The notes under the pieces were generated by a model that was not told the origin of the DNA, ran no database searches, and saw only the letters and a program-made list of their open reading frames with translations. A stretch of DNA of 64,000 nt from Candidatus Poribacteria bacterium. GTDB lineage: Bacteria > Poribacteria > WGA-4E > WGA-3G. Each line of letters opens with the position of its first letter. Positions within the stretch are counted from its first letter, which is position 1. The translations under genes were made by a program, and so were the position numbers. The stretch lies in NCBI GenBank assembly GCA_963663765.2, contig CAXXUA010000005.1, positions 1,344,001-1,408,000 on the forward strand, in the 5' to 3' direction. Shown piece after piece: positions 10,935 through 21,010 of this stretch.

Positions 10935-11570
10935 CTATTTTCCGAAACGATTACCGATTCTAAAAGTCAGTGAATACTCATTCGCGTTTTCTTCATCAAA
11001 AAAAATACGATGATAATGACCTTCAGCACGAAGCACAATAGCAGAGCCAACTCGCCATTGATACCCTACGCCAAATCCGATATTTGATAGAGTCTCATCA
11101 CTGTCAAATATGAAGGTTTCATCACCACTAAGAATTGTTTGAGAAACATGGCCAAAAAGATAGGGGGAAGATGTTGAGTGTCCCAATATATAAAATGAAA
11201 CACGACCCCCCATATAAATTGAAGTGATGTTTGATGTATTTTCTTCACCCCAAATTTCTTCAGATATAGACACTCTTCCATAACTGAATTCAGGTCCAAT
11301 TGCAAACATATCAGTTGGAAACCATGTAGCATACAGCAAAGTCGGAGTAGTTCCGAAACTCATAATTGCTGATGGAAACTGTGAATAGGTTATACTTGCA
11401 GTGGAATCACCATCGTCTGGTGTGAAACGAGAAATTCCAAATTGCGTTCCAAACTCAAAATCATTAGCAAATGTTAGCGTTATCGGTGAAATTAAAGAAA
11501 CAGTTAAAACTATTAACGTTATATATAATCTTGCTGATATTTTCTTCTGTTTAATGAATATAGTGTTCAT
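10935..11570 (-). CDS. Outer-membrane beta-barrel domain protein
   Basis: Signal peptide, alternating aromatic/Gly strands (SPYLFG, GFGVGYQW, LRAEGHY), terminal aromatic strand. Confidence 0.7.
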   Translation of the reverse strand: MNTIFIKQKKISARLYITLIVLTVSLISPITLTFANDFEFGTQFGISRFTPDDGDSTASITYSQFPSAIMSFGTTPTLLYATWFPTDMFAIGPEFSYGRVSISEEIWGEENTSNITSIYMGGRVSFYILGHSTSSPYLFGHVSQTILSGDETFIFDSDETLSNIGFGVGYQWRVGSAIVLRAEGHYHRIFFDEENANEYSLTFRIGNRFGK

Positions 11571-11885
11571 ATTAACCTTCTTGTTTGTATTAGTATTATT
11601 TTAGTTCAAGTTGCTACCTATGTAGCACAATCTGTAACATTACGCATATATCAACTGACAGACTGCAAATTTTTGTTTTTGATGGATAACAATGCATCCT
11701 AATCATAACCATATAATATTATTACATAGTCTTAATATTAATCTGTCTTTATATGATTATATTATTTATCTTATGAAAAAATCAAGTTAAATTTGAGAAA
11801 AAATCGTGAAATATGCTGAAATTGTTTGGACATGGAGGATAAAATTGGACAAATTTGTGTATTTGATTCTGATTACGCTACTGGT

Positions 11886-12329
11886 TTAGTTCAGCAATTC
11901 CTGCAGTTTTTGTGAACGGTATTCAAATATCTTTTCTATATCCGGTCTAACCAAAAGTTTGTTTATTAGTTGTCCACCCAGTACGGCGTATTCCACCTCG
12001 TCCCGTACAAGTGTTCCTTCGTCCGTTTCAACAAATGTGTGTTTATGAATCCAACAACGATAGGGTCCTCTGCGTTGTTCATCAGCGAAGAAATGGGGTG
12101 GATCCCATTCGGTTATTTCACTTTGCCATCTGACAGGGATACCACGAAGTTTTAAACGGTAATCTATTAACGTACCAACCTCCATCTCAATTGGAGGCGG
12201 TGTCAGCACCACAAAATGGAGCCATGGAGGTGTGATTTCTGCCAGGTTGTGTGCGTCAGAGAAGTATGAAAATACGTCATCCCGTGGTTTTTTAATGAGT
12301 TGTTCTGTTGAGATTGAAAAGGTTTTCAC
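11886..12329 (-). CDS. SRPBCC-family ligand-binding protein
   Basis: NLAEITPPWLHF, WQSEITEWDPPHFFADEQRRGPY..W.HKHTF, IFEYR. Confidence 0.85.
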   Translation of the reverse strand: MKTFSISTEQLIKKPRDDVFSYFSDAHNLAEITPPWLHFVVLTPPPIEMEVGTLIDYRLKLRGIPVRWQSEITEWDPPHFFADEQRRGPYRCWIHKHTFVETDEGTLVRDEVEYAVLGGQLINKLLVRPDIEKIFEYRSQKLQELLN

Positions 12330-12341
12330 TGTTTTCCTCCA

Positions 12342-13400
12342 TCATTCTATCAGTATGTTTTCATTGATATATCGTGCAATCCACTCAATTTCTTCCTCTT
12401 CAAGATAGAGCCCCGTATCAATCATACGGTTTATAACCGCAGTTGTTTCCTCTTTAGATGTAGGCGGGTAATCGATGACATCTGTATAGGGATGGCATTG
12501 TGAACACTTGTCCTCAAAGAGATCTTTTGCGTCTGCTTCGTCGTAACTGTCGGCAACAACAGTTGTAGTCTCCTCTGTCATTATGGTCGCTGCAAGTTCG
12601 GCTGCTGCTTTTGCTTCGTTGGTACGCATCTGTTCTTGTCGTTGTTCCTTGACAGCATTTTTTATGTCGGGTGTAATTGCGATTAGATAGGTAGAGACAC
12701 TCCACTCCTCTTCCGTAGTAATCGGTTCCCCGATGATAGGTTTAATCGCCATCCGATTTACGAGTCTGACCCAGTCAGGTGGTGTACGGGGTTTTACAAG
12801 TATTGTCCGCAAATCGTGACAGATCACACATTTACGTTGTAAAACGTGTTGTCCTTCTCGGAGTTTACGTTTGGTAGCAAGTAGGTCAAGCGGTGCATCC
12901 GTTGGCAATCCAGCTGTTTCAATCAATTGTCGTGTCCGTGCCATACCTTCTTCGCTGAATGCCCTTGTTTGTGTCCGCAGCACTGTTTCACGCAATGTGA
13001 AGGGGACAGACAAACCTATCAAGAGATAGGTGCATATCAGTAAAGAAACCCCGATATAGGGCATGGATTCCTCAAAATGTCGGAAAAATCGGAGGATAGC
13101 AACTTTCACAAGTATTAGAACACCGATAGTAATTGCAAGCATTAAATGCGCGACGGTGCGGGGTGGTAATTCAACTTGATAGTTCCATAACCGTGGGACC
13201 ATGTGCCACATCATAAAGACATAGAGTATCGCATACGCATAGCCGAGTCCGCGATGCAACAACATCAATGCGCGTGGTGCTTCGCTTGTGCGTGTTTCTT
13301 TATCAAAAGGATAACCCCACAGTTTGAACATCAAGAAAACAGAGGCATTTGCTAAGCCTAAAAAGACTAATCCGAAAATTGCACTTGTTGAAGATGACAT
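12342..13400 (-). CDS. Membrane-bound di-heme cytochrome c
   Basis: Four N-terminal TM helices with His residues, then CVICH and CSQCH heme motifs each followed by an NRM Met-ligand segment. Confidence 0.75.
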   Translation of the reverse strand: MSSSTSAIFGLVFLGLANASVFLMFKLWGYPFDKETRTSEAPRALMLLHRGLGYAYAILYVFMMWHMVPRLWNYQVELPPRTVAHLMLAITIGVLILVKVAILRFFRHFEESMPYIGVSLLICTYLLIGLSVPFTLRETVLRTQTRAFSEEGMARTRQLIETAGLPTDAPLDLLATKRKLREGQHVLQRKCVICHDLRTILVKPRTPPDWVRLVNRMAIKPIIGEPITTEEEWSVSTYLIAITPDIKNAVKEQRQEQMRTNEAKAAAELAATIMTEETTTVVADSYDEADAKDLFEDKCSQCHPYTDVIDYPPTSKEETTAVINRMIDTGLYLEEEEIEWIARYINENILIE

Positions 13401-13481
13401 GAAAGATACTCCTTATGTGGAAAGTAATACCCAATTACGAGACCTGTCTTGCTAAATGTGCAGTTAGGAAATCGCACCATA

Positions 13482-13740
13482 GACGTCAATTTAAGAAAAA
13501 GTGTTGGTGTTTCTCTTGTGGGAGGGGTTTTCAACCCCGATTTGAGAGGAAAAGCGCATATAATCGGGGTTGAAAACCCCTCCCACAAGAGCAGGACTTA
13601 CGCACCTAACGGTAGGCGCGCTTTGAAAGCGCGCTGGAAACCAAAAAAATGCTGAAAATTACACCATTTTCGTCATAATTCTTCATCAAATCATGAAAAC
13701 TGCGTAAGTCCTGAAGATGTCAAAATCCTTAAATTGACGC
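13482..13740. mobile_element. GCGTCAATTTAAG-TIR MITE with REP pair, containing an empty MITE-A (13592-13713)
   Basis: acgtcaatttaag...cttaaattgacgc; inner caggacttacgca...tgcgtaagtcctg flanked by AAGAG/AAGAT. Confidence 0.8.
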
Positions 13741-13816
13741 TTAGTGTGCGGTTAGGAAACCTTACCTACCGTTGAAAAAAGATAAATCCCGTTAATTTGA
13801 TATAAGAAAATTCTAT

Positions 13817-14617
13817 TTACGTATCCAAAGTTGGACGGTTCAAACGTGAATGATATGGTGGTTCCATCACAGCGCGTTGTCGTTCATTTGCCCATTCGGG
13901 GATGGGATAAGCGGGGACATAAGCCATATTGCCTGCAGTGTATCGAGTTAGAATTGAACGTCGCGGATGGTCTGCTGTCCACGGGAGTGTTCCGTGTGTA
14001 ACCGCTTCTGTAAAAATGATGACATCGCCAGCATCACACACCAGTTGTCGGATATGTTCCTGATGTTTCTGATACAGACGCATCTCTTGCGGACAAGAGT
14101 AGTTGCTCTTATGACTGCCCGGAATGACAATCAATCCGCCAGCACCGGGTGGAACATCGGTTAGCTGAAATGTGACAACAGTCAAACCGTTGTGCATCCT
14201 GCCATCGCGAAAGATATAATACTGATTCGGATCGAAGCCTGGACCGGATGATCCGTGAAAGGTAAATCCCTCCGCACCTTTATCCATAGAAAGCAGGAAC
14301 ATTTGGTGATCCATGCGAAAACCTTTACCCAATATGACGTTGAGATACGGTACGAGTGTAGGATGTGCAAGCATGTGACGGAAAGGATTGCACCATGGTT
14401 CCTCCCAGCTAAGCATACCTCCGAGTTCGCCTCTACCTTGTTCTCCTTTGAGTTCTTCCGAACCGCCATCAAGTGTCTGTTCACGGGGACGCACACGCAT
14501 TTGGTCGCTGTGCTTGTCAATTGCCTCATTGGCAAATGCAACCTCTTCAGGTGTCAACACATTTTTTATTCTAAGGTAACCGTTCAGGTCAAACAGATAT
14601 TTTTCATCAGCATTCAT
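13817..14617 (-). CDS. Phytanoyl-CoA dioxygenase (PhyH) family protein
   Basis: FDLNGYL, LTDVPPGAGGLIVIPGSHK, AGDVIIFTEAVTHGTLPW...RRS. Confidence 0.9.
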   Translation of the reverse strand: MNADEKYLFDLNGYLRIKNVLTPEEVAFANEAIDKHSDQMRVRPREQTLDGGSEELKGEQGRGELGGMLSWEEPWCNPFRHMLAHPTLVPYLNVILGKGFRMDHQMFLLSMDKGAEGFTFHGSSGPGFDPNQYYIFRDGRMHNGLTVVTFQLTDVPPGAGGLIVIPGSHKSNYSCPQEMRLYQKHQEHIRQLVCDAGDVIIFTEAVTHGTLPWTADHPRRSILTRYTAGNMAYVPAYPIPEWANERQRAVMEPPYHSRLNRPTLDT

Positions 14618-14652
14618 TTATCATCTCCTTACAAGATTTTTAGGATGTCGAC

Positions 14653-15780
14653 CTACACTGCATAAGCCACAGAACCATCTTCACGCAAAGGTGTTTTTCC
14701 CGTATTCATTGGTTGAAATGGTGTCTTTTCAATTAGCGTATCGTCAAGTTCAACGCCTAAACCGGGTGCTTCAGGTATCGGAATGTATCCACCTTCCCGT
14801 TGATACGCGACTTTGTAGACAGCGAAACGTTCGGATTCATCAGCTTTTGTATATTCCTGTGTAACAAAGTTTGGAATGCTCGTGTCCAGATGCAGGGAAG
14901 CAGCAGTAATGACTGGACCGAGAAAGTTGTGTGTGACAACCGCACTGTGGTATGCTTCTGCGATTGCAGCGATCTTTTTGCAGTGCGTCAATCCGCCTGC
15001 TAAACCGACATCGGGGCGGACATATTGAGCACCACCGGCTTCCAGTATCTCACGGAACTCCCATATGCTTACATTTCGTTCACCTATAGCGAGTGGGGTT
15101 GTCATCCGTTTTGCTAATTCCGCTTGTGTTGTTATTGTGTCAATCTGTATTGGATCTTCAATGAAATATAGGTTGAAGGGTGCAAGTGCTGATTCAAGGA
15201 CGATGCTGTTCATGGGTGTCAGTTTCCGGTGTACTTCCACGATGAGGTCAAGATCAGGTCCTCCGCCTTCTCTTGCTGCGGCGACGATGTCTCTTGCTGT
15301 TGTCACCAGTCGGTCTACTGCCATATCCTGAAAATTGCCAACCAACGGGTCAAACTTCAACGCAGTAAAACCCTCCGCAGCGGCAGCTTTTGCTGCTTCA
15401 AACATGGTTTCTGGGGTATTTCCACCACCGAGTAGGTGCAGTCGTATTTTGTCTCGGCAGTTGCCACCTAACAACTCCCAGATTGGCACATCAAGATGTT
15501 TACCCTTGATGTCCCACAATGCGATGTCAACAGCACTAACAGCACCACTTAGCGCGGTTCCTCTGAATGGTCCCATCCGATAAAGATATTGCCAATGATG
15601 TTCAATACGTAAAGGATTTTGACCGATTAGATATTTCTCAAAAGTATTCACAATCTTCTCAACTGCTTCAGGATATCCCCAGCATGCTGTTTGTCCGATG
15701 CCGCTGATACCGTTGTCTGTCCAAATGCGAATCACATAACCGTTTCCGATGAAAAACGACTCAATTTTGTCAATCTTCAT
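14653..15780 (-). CDS. Mandelate racemase/muconate lactonizing family, galactonate dehydratase-like
   Basis: SAVDIALWDIKGK, ALKFD, EVH, FIEDP, AIGER, PGLGVELD; start MKIDKIE at 15780 after GGAGG (upstream ORF extension is repeat DNA). Confidence 0.88.
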   Translation of the reverse strand: MKIDKIESFFIGNGYVIRIWTDNGISGIGQTACWGYPEAVEKIVNTFEKYLIGQNPLRIEHHWQYLYRMGPFRGTALSGAVSAVDIALWDIKGKHLDVPIWELLGGNCRDKIRLHLLGGGNTPETMFEAAKAAAAEGFTALKFDPLVGNFQDMAVDRLVTTARDIVAAAREGGGPDLDLIVEVHRKLTPMNSIVLESALAPFNLYFIEDPIQIDTITTQAELAKRMTTPLAIGERNVSIWEFREILEAGGAQYVRPDVGLAGGLTHCKKIAAIAEAYHSAVVTHNFLGPVITAASLHLDTSIPNFVTQEYTKADESERFAVYKVAYQREGGYIPIPEAPGLGVELDDTLIEKTPFQPMNTGKTPLREDGSVAYAV

Positions 15781-15860
15781 ATAGTCCTCCCAAATGATGT
15801 GGTTTATTTTGCGTATTGTATCATAGGGTTGTCTTAATGACAATAGGGAAGAAGGGAGGA

Positions 15861-16253
15861 GGGTGTGTAAAGTTTTTGCACAAACTGCACATTCTCCATT
15901 GTAGAGCGAAATCAAGAAATCAACGGTATGAATGCCATTTAGGCATTCCCCGGGTCTCTGTGCCCCGCCGCAACTGATTAAATGAGAGATTGCGGGCACA
16001 GAGACCCATAGGTGTCAATATAAGGAAATATTGTTAATATCAACCATACTCTTCAGTCCCGTAGGGACGATATGTTTATAGAAAACAAGTACCCTTCCCA
16101 GTTCTTTAGTCCCGTAGGGACGATATGTTTATTCTTCTATGTCGTTCCTACGGAACTCAAGAGAGGGTGATTACACCTATCTATAAACATTGCGTCCCTA
16201 CGGGACTAAAGAGAACAAAAGTTTGTACCTCTGTGCAAAAACTTTACACACCC
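15861..16253 (-). mobile_element. MITE with IS256-like ends (TIR GGGTGTGTAAAGTTTTTGCACA) carrying REPs and a 44-nt hairpin insert
   Basis: TIRs at both ends, 9-bp duplication AAGGGAGGA; homologous to 33370-34316 and 35513-36024; IS256 link inferred from end sequence and duplication length. Confidence 0.8.
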
Positions 16254-16260
16254 AAGGGAG

Positions 16261-16511
16261 GAGTGTGCAAAGTTTTGGTATACAGAATTGCAGATTTCGC
16301 GGATTACGAGGATTTCGCGGATTAGGCTCGGAATCGCGGATTAAGCGGATTACACGGAATACGCGGAGAAGATACCTGCAATAGATCGTATTGTTTAGTT
16401 AACGTTTATTCTATGCAATACAACCAAATGCAGAAATCTTATCCGCGTATTCCGTGTAATCTGTGCAATCCGTGATTCTGACAACACACATGCCAAATGC
16501 TTTACACACCC
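16261..16511. repeat. Degenerate MITE with 9-bp-periodic (cgcggatta) inverted repeats
   Basis: gtgtgcaaag...ctttacacaccc ends; gcggatt repeats mirrored by aatccg repeats; similar tracts at about 870-950 and 43990-44135. Confidence 0.55.
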
Positions 16512-16604
16512 GAACATATTTTTAAGTTGAATCGTTGGCTAAACTATGTTAAAATATGTTTTTATACAGAATTGTACTCAACAATTATAACAAAGGAAAC
16601 AACG

Positions 16605-17873
16605 TTGAACATTTTGGTTATTGGACAAGGGGGACGTGAACATACGCTTGTCTGGAAAATTGCGCAGAGTCCGTTGGTAGAAAAGATCTATTGTGCGCCG
16701 GGGAATGCAGGTATCGCAGAAATCGCAGAAACGCTTCCGATGCCTGACGATTTTGGTGAACTTGCTGATTGGGCGGAAACTAAATACATTAACCTCACTG
16801 TTGTCGGACCTGAAAACCCTTTAGCAGCAGGCATTGTTGATATATTCCATGAACGTGGTTTAAGCACATTCGGACCGGATAGACAAGCTGCACAACTTGA
16901 AGGGAGTAAAGATTTTGCCAAGCAGTTGATGGTGAAAAACGATATACCCACTGCAGCGTATAAAACCTTTGTTCATGCTGATGAAGCAATAGACTATATC
17001 AAGACTAACAACATACCAGTTTTTGTCAAAGCAGATGGGTTGGCAGCTGGCAAAGGCGTGATACCGGGTCGCACTATCGCTGAGGCAACACAAGCAGTCA
17101 AGACTATTTTAGTTGATAAGGCATTCGGAGATGCGGGGAACAGCGTAGTCATTGAAGAGGAGTTAATTGGAGAAGAAGCCTCATTCACGGTGTTAACCGA
17201 TGGTTCTCACTGTTTACCTTTTGTTAGTTCGCAAGACCATAAGATGTCTCACGATGGAGATAGAGGTAAGAATACAGGTGGCATGGGGGCATATTCACCT
17301 GCACCAGTGATGACATCTGAACTTCATGACTATGTAATGGAAAGAGTCGTTTACCCTACTGTCAAAGGGATGGCAGAGATCGGATGTCCGTTTAATGGTG
17401 TGTTATATGTTGGATTGATGATAACAGAAACAGGTCCAAAGGTTCTGGAGTTCAACTGCCGTTTTGGCGACCCCGAGACACAAGTATTGTTGCCCCGTCT
17501 CAAAAGCGATTTAGTACCGTTGTTGATGGCATGCGTTGATGGCACACTTGACGAAGTTCCTGATGTTGTTTGGCACACTGAAGCAGCGGCTTGTGTTGTG
17601 ATGGCATCTGGTGGGTATCCAAATCCGTATCAGACAGGTAAAGCAATTACTGGATTAGCAGAAGTATCGTCAATTGAGGGTGTAACCGTTTTCCATGCAG
17701 GTACAAAGTTGGATGGTGAAAACGTAGTGACTGCTGGTGGACGCGTTTTGGGTGTTACGGCATTAGCAGACAACCTGAAAGCAGCTATTGAACAGGCATA
17801 TCGTGGTGTCTCTGCGATTCATTTTGATGAGGCACATTGGCGGACAGACATAGGATATCGTGCATTATCGTGA
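16605..17873 (+). CDS. purD: Phosphoribosylamine--glycine ligase
   Basis: GQGGREH, APGNAG, LEGSKDFAK, KADGLAAGKGV, NTGGMGAYSP, EFNCRFGDPETQ; TTG start after AAGGA. Confidence 0.96.
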   Translation: MNILVIGQGGREHTLVWKIAQSPLVEKIYCAPGNAGIAEIAETLPMPDDFGELADWAETKYINLTVVGPENPLAAGIVDIFHERGLSTFGPDRQAAQLEGSKDFAKQLMVKNDIPTAAYKTFVHADEAIDYIKTNNIPVFVKADGLAAGKGVIPGRTIAEATQAVKTILVDKAFGDAGNSVVIEEELIGEEASFTVLTDGSHCLPFVSSQDHKMSHDGDRGKNTGGMGAYSPAPVMTSELHDYVMERVVYPTVKGMAEIGCPFNGVLYVGLMITETGPKVLEFNCRFGDPETQVLLPRLKSDLVPLLMACVDGTLDEVPDVVWHTEAAACVVMASGGYPNPYQTGKAITGLAEVSSIEGVTVFHAGTKLDGENVVTAGGRVLGVTALADNLKAAIEQAYRGVSAIHFDEAHWRTDIGYRALS

Positions 17874-17913
17874 AGTTGATTTCTCGTTGTTCTTGACACT
17901 AATGCTTTTTAAG

Positions 17914-18034
17914 CAGGACTTACGCAAAGACGGTAGGCGTGCTTTGTAAGCGCGCTGGAAACCCATAAAAATACTGATAATTACATCATTTTCAGCTTAT
18001 TTCTTGATTAAATCAAGAAAACTGCGTAGTCCTG
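17914..18034 (+). mobile_element. MITE family A (empty form)
   Basis: caggacttacgca...tgcgtagtcctg, 5-bp duplication TTAAG. Confidence 0.8.
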
Positions 18035-18077
18035 TTAAGTACACTATTTTTTAGATTTGATGCTGGGAGATAAAGTG

Positions 18078-18758
18078 ATGCAGAAAAAGATACGAGCTGC
18101 GCCTACTATAATCTATCCGGAATCGGATGGGGAACCTATGGCAGAAACAGATATACACCGTGACCTGATGATAGATTTCATTCAGGTATTGAAGCATCAT
18201 TACCGAACTGTGAGTGATGTTTATGTGTCTGGTAACCTATTCTTGTATTATGTAGAGGGGAATCCAAGGAAAGTTATCTCACCAGATGTGTTCGTAGTTT
18301 TTGGAGTTGAGAAGAAACAACGGAGAACCTATCGGACTTGGGAGGAGGAGCGGACTCCCGATTTTGTGTTAGAGGTGGCAAGTCCGAAGACCTTTAAAAA
18401 CGATATTGGCGGAAAAAAGGAACTTTATGCATCAGCGTTAGCGGTGAAAGAGTATTTCATTTACGATCCGTTGGGACAGATTATTCCGAGTTTTATTGGG
18501 TGGCGTCTTGTTGATGGTGTGTATCAAGAGATAGATTTCGTGAATGATCGTTTACCTTCAGAAGTATTAGAGTTAGAGTTAGGTGAAAAGGGTGAAGCGT
18601 TACGTCTGTATGACCCGAATAGATCGGTATGGTTGGAAACTTCTCCTGAACGCGCAGAGAATGCAGAAGCACGCGCGCAAAGTGCTGAAGAAAAACTCGC
18701 TAATGCGATGGCAGAAATAGAACGTTTGCAGAGATTGTCAACTTCACATCTAAGTTAA
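18078..18758 (+). CDS. Uma2 (DUF820) family endonuclease-like protein, copy 1
   Basis: YPESDGEPMAET..H, PDVFVVFGV, PDFVLEVAS, VKEYFIYDP, C-terminal coiled coil. Confidence 0.9.
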   Translation: MQKKIRAAPTIIYPESDGEPMAETDIHRDLMIDFIQVLKHHYRTVSDVYVSGNLFLYYVEGNPRKVISPDVFVVFGVEKKQRRTYRTWEEERTPDFVLEVASPKTFKNDIGGKKELYASALAVKEYFIYDPLGQIIPSFIGWRLVDGVYQEIDFVNDRLPSEVLELELGEKGEALRLYDPNRSVWLETSPERAENAEARAQSAEEKLANAMAEIERLQRLSTSHLS

Positions 18759-18841
18759 AATATTTATCGTAATTCTGAGTTTCTAATGTGCCTACTGCTG
18801 GAACGTAATTTGTAAGATATTTGATGCTGGGAGATAAAGTG

Positions 18842-19585
18842 ATGCAGAAAAAGATACGAGATGCGCCTACTATCGTCTATCCGGAATCGGATGGGGAACC
18901 TATGGCAGAAACAGATATACACCGTGACCTGATGATAGATTTCATTCAGGTATTGAAGCATCATTACCGAACTGTGAGTGATGTTTATGTGTCTGGTAAC
19001 CTATTCTTGTATTATGTAGAGGGGAATCCAAGGAAAGTTATCTCACCAGATGTGTTCGTAGTTTTTGGAGTTGAGAAGAAACAACGGAGAACCTATCGGA
19101 CTTGGGAGGAGGAGCGGACTCCCGATTTTGTGTTAGAGGTGGCAAGTCCGAAGACCTTTAAAAACGATATTGGCGGAAAAAAGGAACTTTATGCATCAGC
19201 GTTAGCGGTGAAAGAGTATTTCATTTACGATCCGTTGGGACAAATTATTCCGAGTTTTATTGGTTGGCGGCTTATTGATGGCGTATATCAAGAGATAGGT
19301 TTCGTGAATGATCGTTTACCCTCACAAGTATTAGAGTTAGAGTTAGGTGAAAAGGGTGAAGCGTTACGTCTGTATGACCCGAATAGGTCGGTATGGTTGG
19401 AAACGTCTCCTGAACGCGCAGAGAATGCAGAAGCACGCGCAAAGAGTTCAGAAGCACGTGTAGAACAGGAAGCAAACGCACGTAGAAATGCTGAAACACG
19501 CGCGCAAAGTGCTGAAGAAAAGCTTGCTAATGCGATGGCAGAAATAGAACGTTTGCAGAGATTGTCAACTTCACATCTAAGTTAA
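18842..19585 (+). CDS. Uma2 family protein, copy 2
   Basis: Near-identical to copy 1 with 21 extra coiled-coil residues. Confidence 0.9.
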   Translation: MQKKIRDAPTIVYPESDGEPMAETDIHRDLMIDFIQVLKHHYRTVSDVYVSGNLFLYYVEGNPRKVISPDVFVVFGVEKKQRRTYRTWEEERTPDFVLEVASPKTFKNDIGGKKELYASALAVKEYFIYDPLGQIIPSFIGWRLIDGVYQEIGFVNDRLPSQVLELELGEKGEALRLYDPNRSVWLETSPERAENAEARAKSSEARVEQEANARRNAETRAQSAEEKLANAMAEIERLQRLSTSHLS

Positions 19586-19668
19586 AATATTTATCGTAAT
19601 TCTGAATTTCTAATGTGCTTACTGATGGAACATAATTTGTAAGATATTTGATGCTGGGAGATAAAGTG

Positions 19669-20400
19669 ATGCAGAAAAAGATACGAGCTGCGCCTACTAT
19701 AATCTATCCGGAATCGGATGGAGAACCTATGGCAGAAACTGATATACACCGTGACCTGATGATAGATTTTATTCAGGTTTTGAAGCATCATTACCGGAAT
19801 GCAAGTGATGTTTATGTGTCTGGCAACCTATTCTTGTATTATGTAGAAGGGAATCCGAGGAAGGTTATCTCACCAGATGTGTTCGTAGTTTTTGGTGTTG
19901 AGAAAAAACAACGGAGGACCTATCGGACTTGGGAGGAGGGATGTACTCCCGATTTTGTGTTGGAGGTGGCAAGTCCAAAGACCTTTAAAAACGATATAGG
20001 CGAAAAAAAGGAACTTTATGCATCAGCGTTAGCGGTGAAAGAGTATTTCATTTACGATCCGTTAGGACAGATTCTTCCGAGTTTTATTGGGTGGCGTCTT
20101 GTTGATGGTGTGTATCAAGAGATAGATTTCGTGAATGATCGTTTACCTTCAGAAGTATTAGAATTAGAGTTAGGTGAAAAGGGTGAAGCGTTACGTCTGT
20201 ATGACCCGAACAGGTCGGTATGGTTGGAAACGTCTCCTGAACGTGCAGAGAATGCTGAAACCCGTGCAAAACAGGAAGCAGTTGCCCGCCGAAGTGCTGA
20301 AGCACGCGTGGAACAAGAAGCAAACGCACGCAGAAATGCTGAAGAAAAACTCGCAAATGCTATAGCAGAAATAGAACGTTTGCAGAGTTTGTCAACTTGA
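19669..20400 (+). CDS. Uma2 family protein, copy 3
   Basis: Near-identical paralogue with a different heptad arrangement. Confidence 0.9.
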   Translation: MQKKIRAAPTIIYPESDGEPMAETDIHRDLMIDFIQVLKHHYRNASDVYVSGNLFLYYVEGNPRKVISPDVFVVFGVEKKQRRTYRTWEEGCTPDFVLEVASPKTFKNDIGEKKELYASALAVKEYFIYDPLGQILPSFIGWRLVDGVYQEIDFVNDRLPSEVLELELGEKGEALRLYDPNRSVWLETSPERAENAETRAKQEAVARRSAEARVEQEANARRNAEEKLANAIAEIERLQSLST

Positions 20401-20461
20401 CATATACGGATTATGCATTTTTGTGCTCAACGAATTGAATATGTCTTTTTAGGTTGCAGGT

Positions 20462-20977
20462 ATGGTAGATGAACTCACATATAAAATTGCACAGTGTTGC
20501 ACACCTGAAGAAGACTATCCGATCATAGGTTATTTCAAGGAAGATGGTACTATCACCGTACACGACACGTCATGTCCTTCAGTTCCCGGTTTGAGAACGG
20601 AAAGATTACTTGAGGTCTCGTGGGACGAGATACACAAGACGAATACACCAGATACTTCAGATGATGTTCCCTCTGAAATGTCAGAATTGGATGAAACCGA
20701 TTACTTCATACTCAAACATCATCAGGAATTTGGGATGGACTATTCAAAAGTTGTTTCAGAAACCTTGAGAATACCACTTGAAGAAGCTCATCAACGTCAT
20801 CGCAAGTTAAGAGAACTCGGTGGTTTAAAACGTGTAGAAGGCAAGATTATACACTATCGAAAAAATATCGTTAAAGGAAAATGGATAAAACATCGTAACC
20901 ACACATATTATGAACTAACGCCTGAAGGCATCCAGTGGATAAATGCCTTTGAAAAACAACCATCAAGCAATGAATAA
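20462..20977 (+). CDS. RelA RIS/zinc-finger-like domain fused to a DUF2250-like winged helix
   Basis: N-term IAQCCTP...PIIGY...ITVH..SC...ERLLEVSW; C-term DYSK...LRIPLEE...L.RVEG...HTYYELTPEG. Confidence 0.65.
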   Translation: MVDELTYKIAQCCTPEEDYPIIGYFKEDGTITVHDTSCPSVPGLRTERLLEVSWDEIHKTNTPDTSDDVPSEMSELDETDYFILKHHQEFGMDYSKVVSETLRIPLEEAHQRHRKLRELGGLKRVEGKIIHYRKNIVKGKWIKHRNHTYYELTPEGIQWINAFEKQPSSNE

Positions 20978-21010
20978 CATATATACTAAACTCACTTGGA
21001 GGATTCCAAA

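Noticed and set aside
15781-15999. 73-aa N-terminal extension of the mandelate racemase-family protein
   Set aside because: Runs through MITE, REP and X sequence; a strong GGAGG RBS precedes ATG 15780
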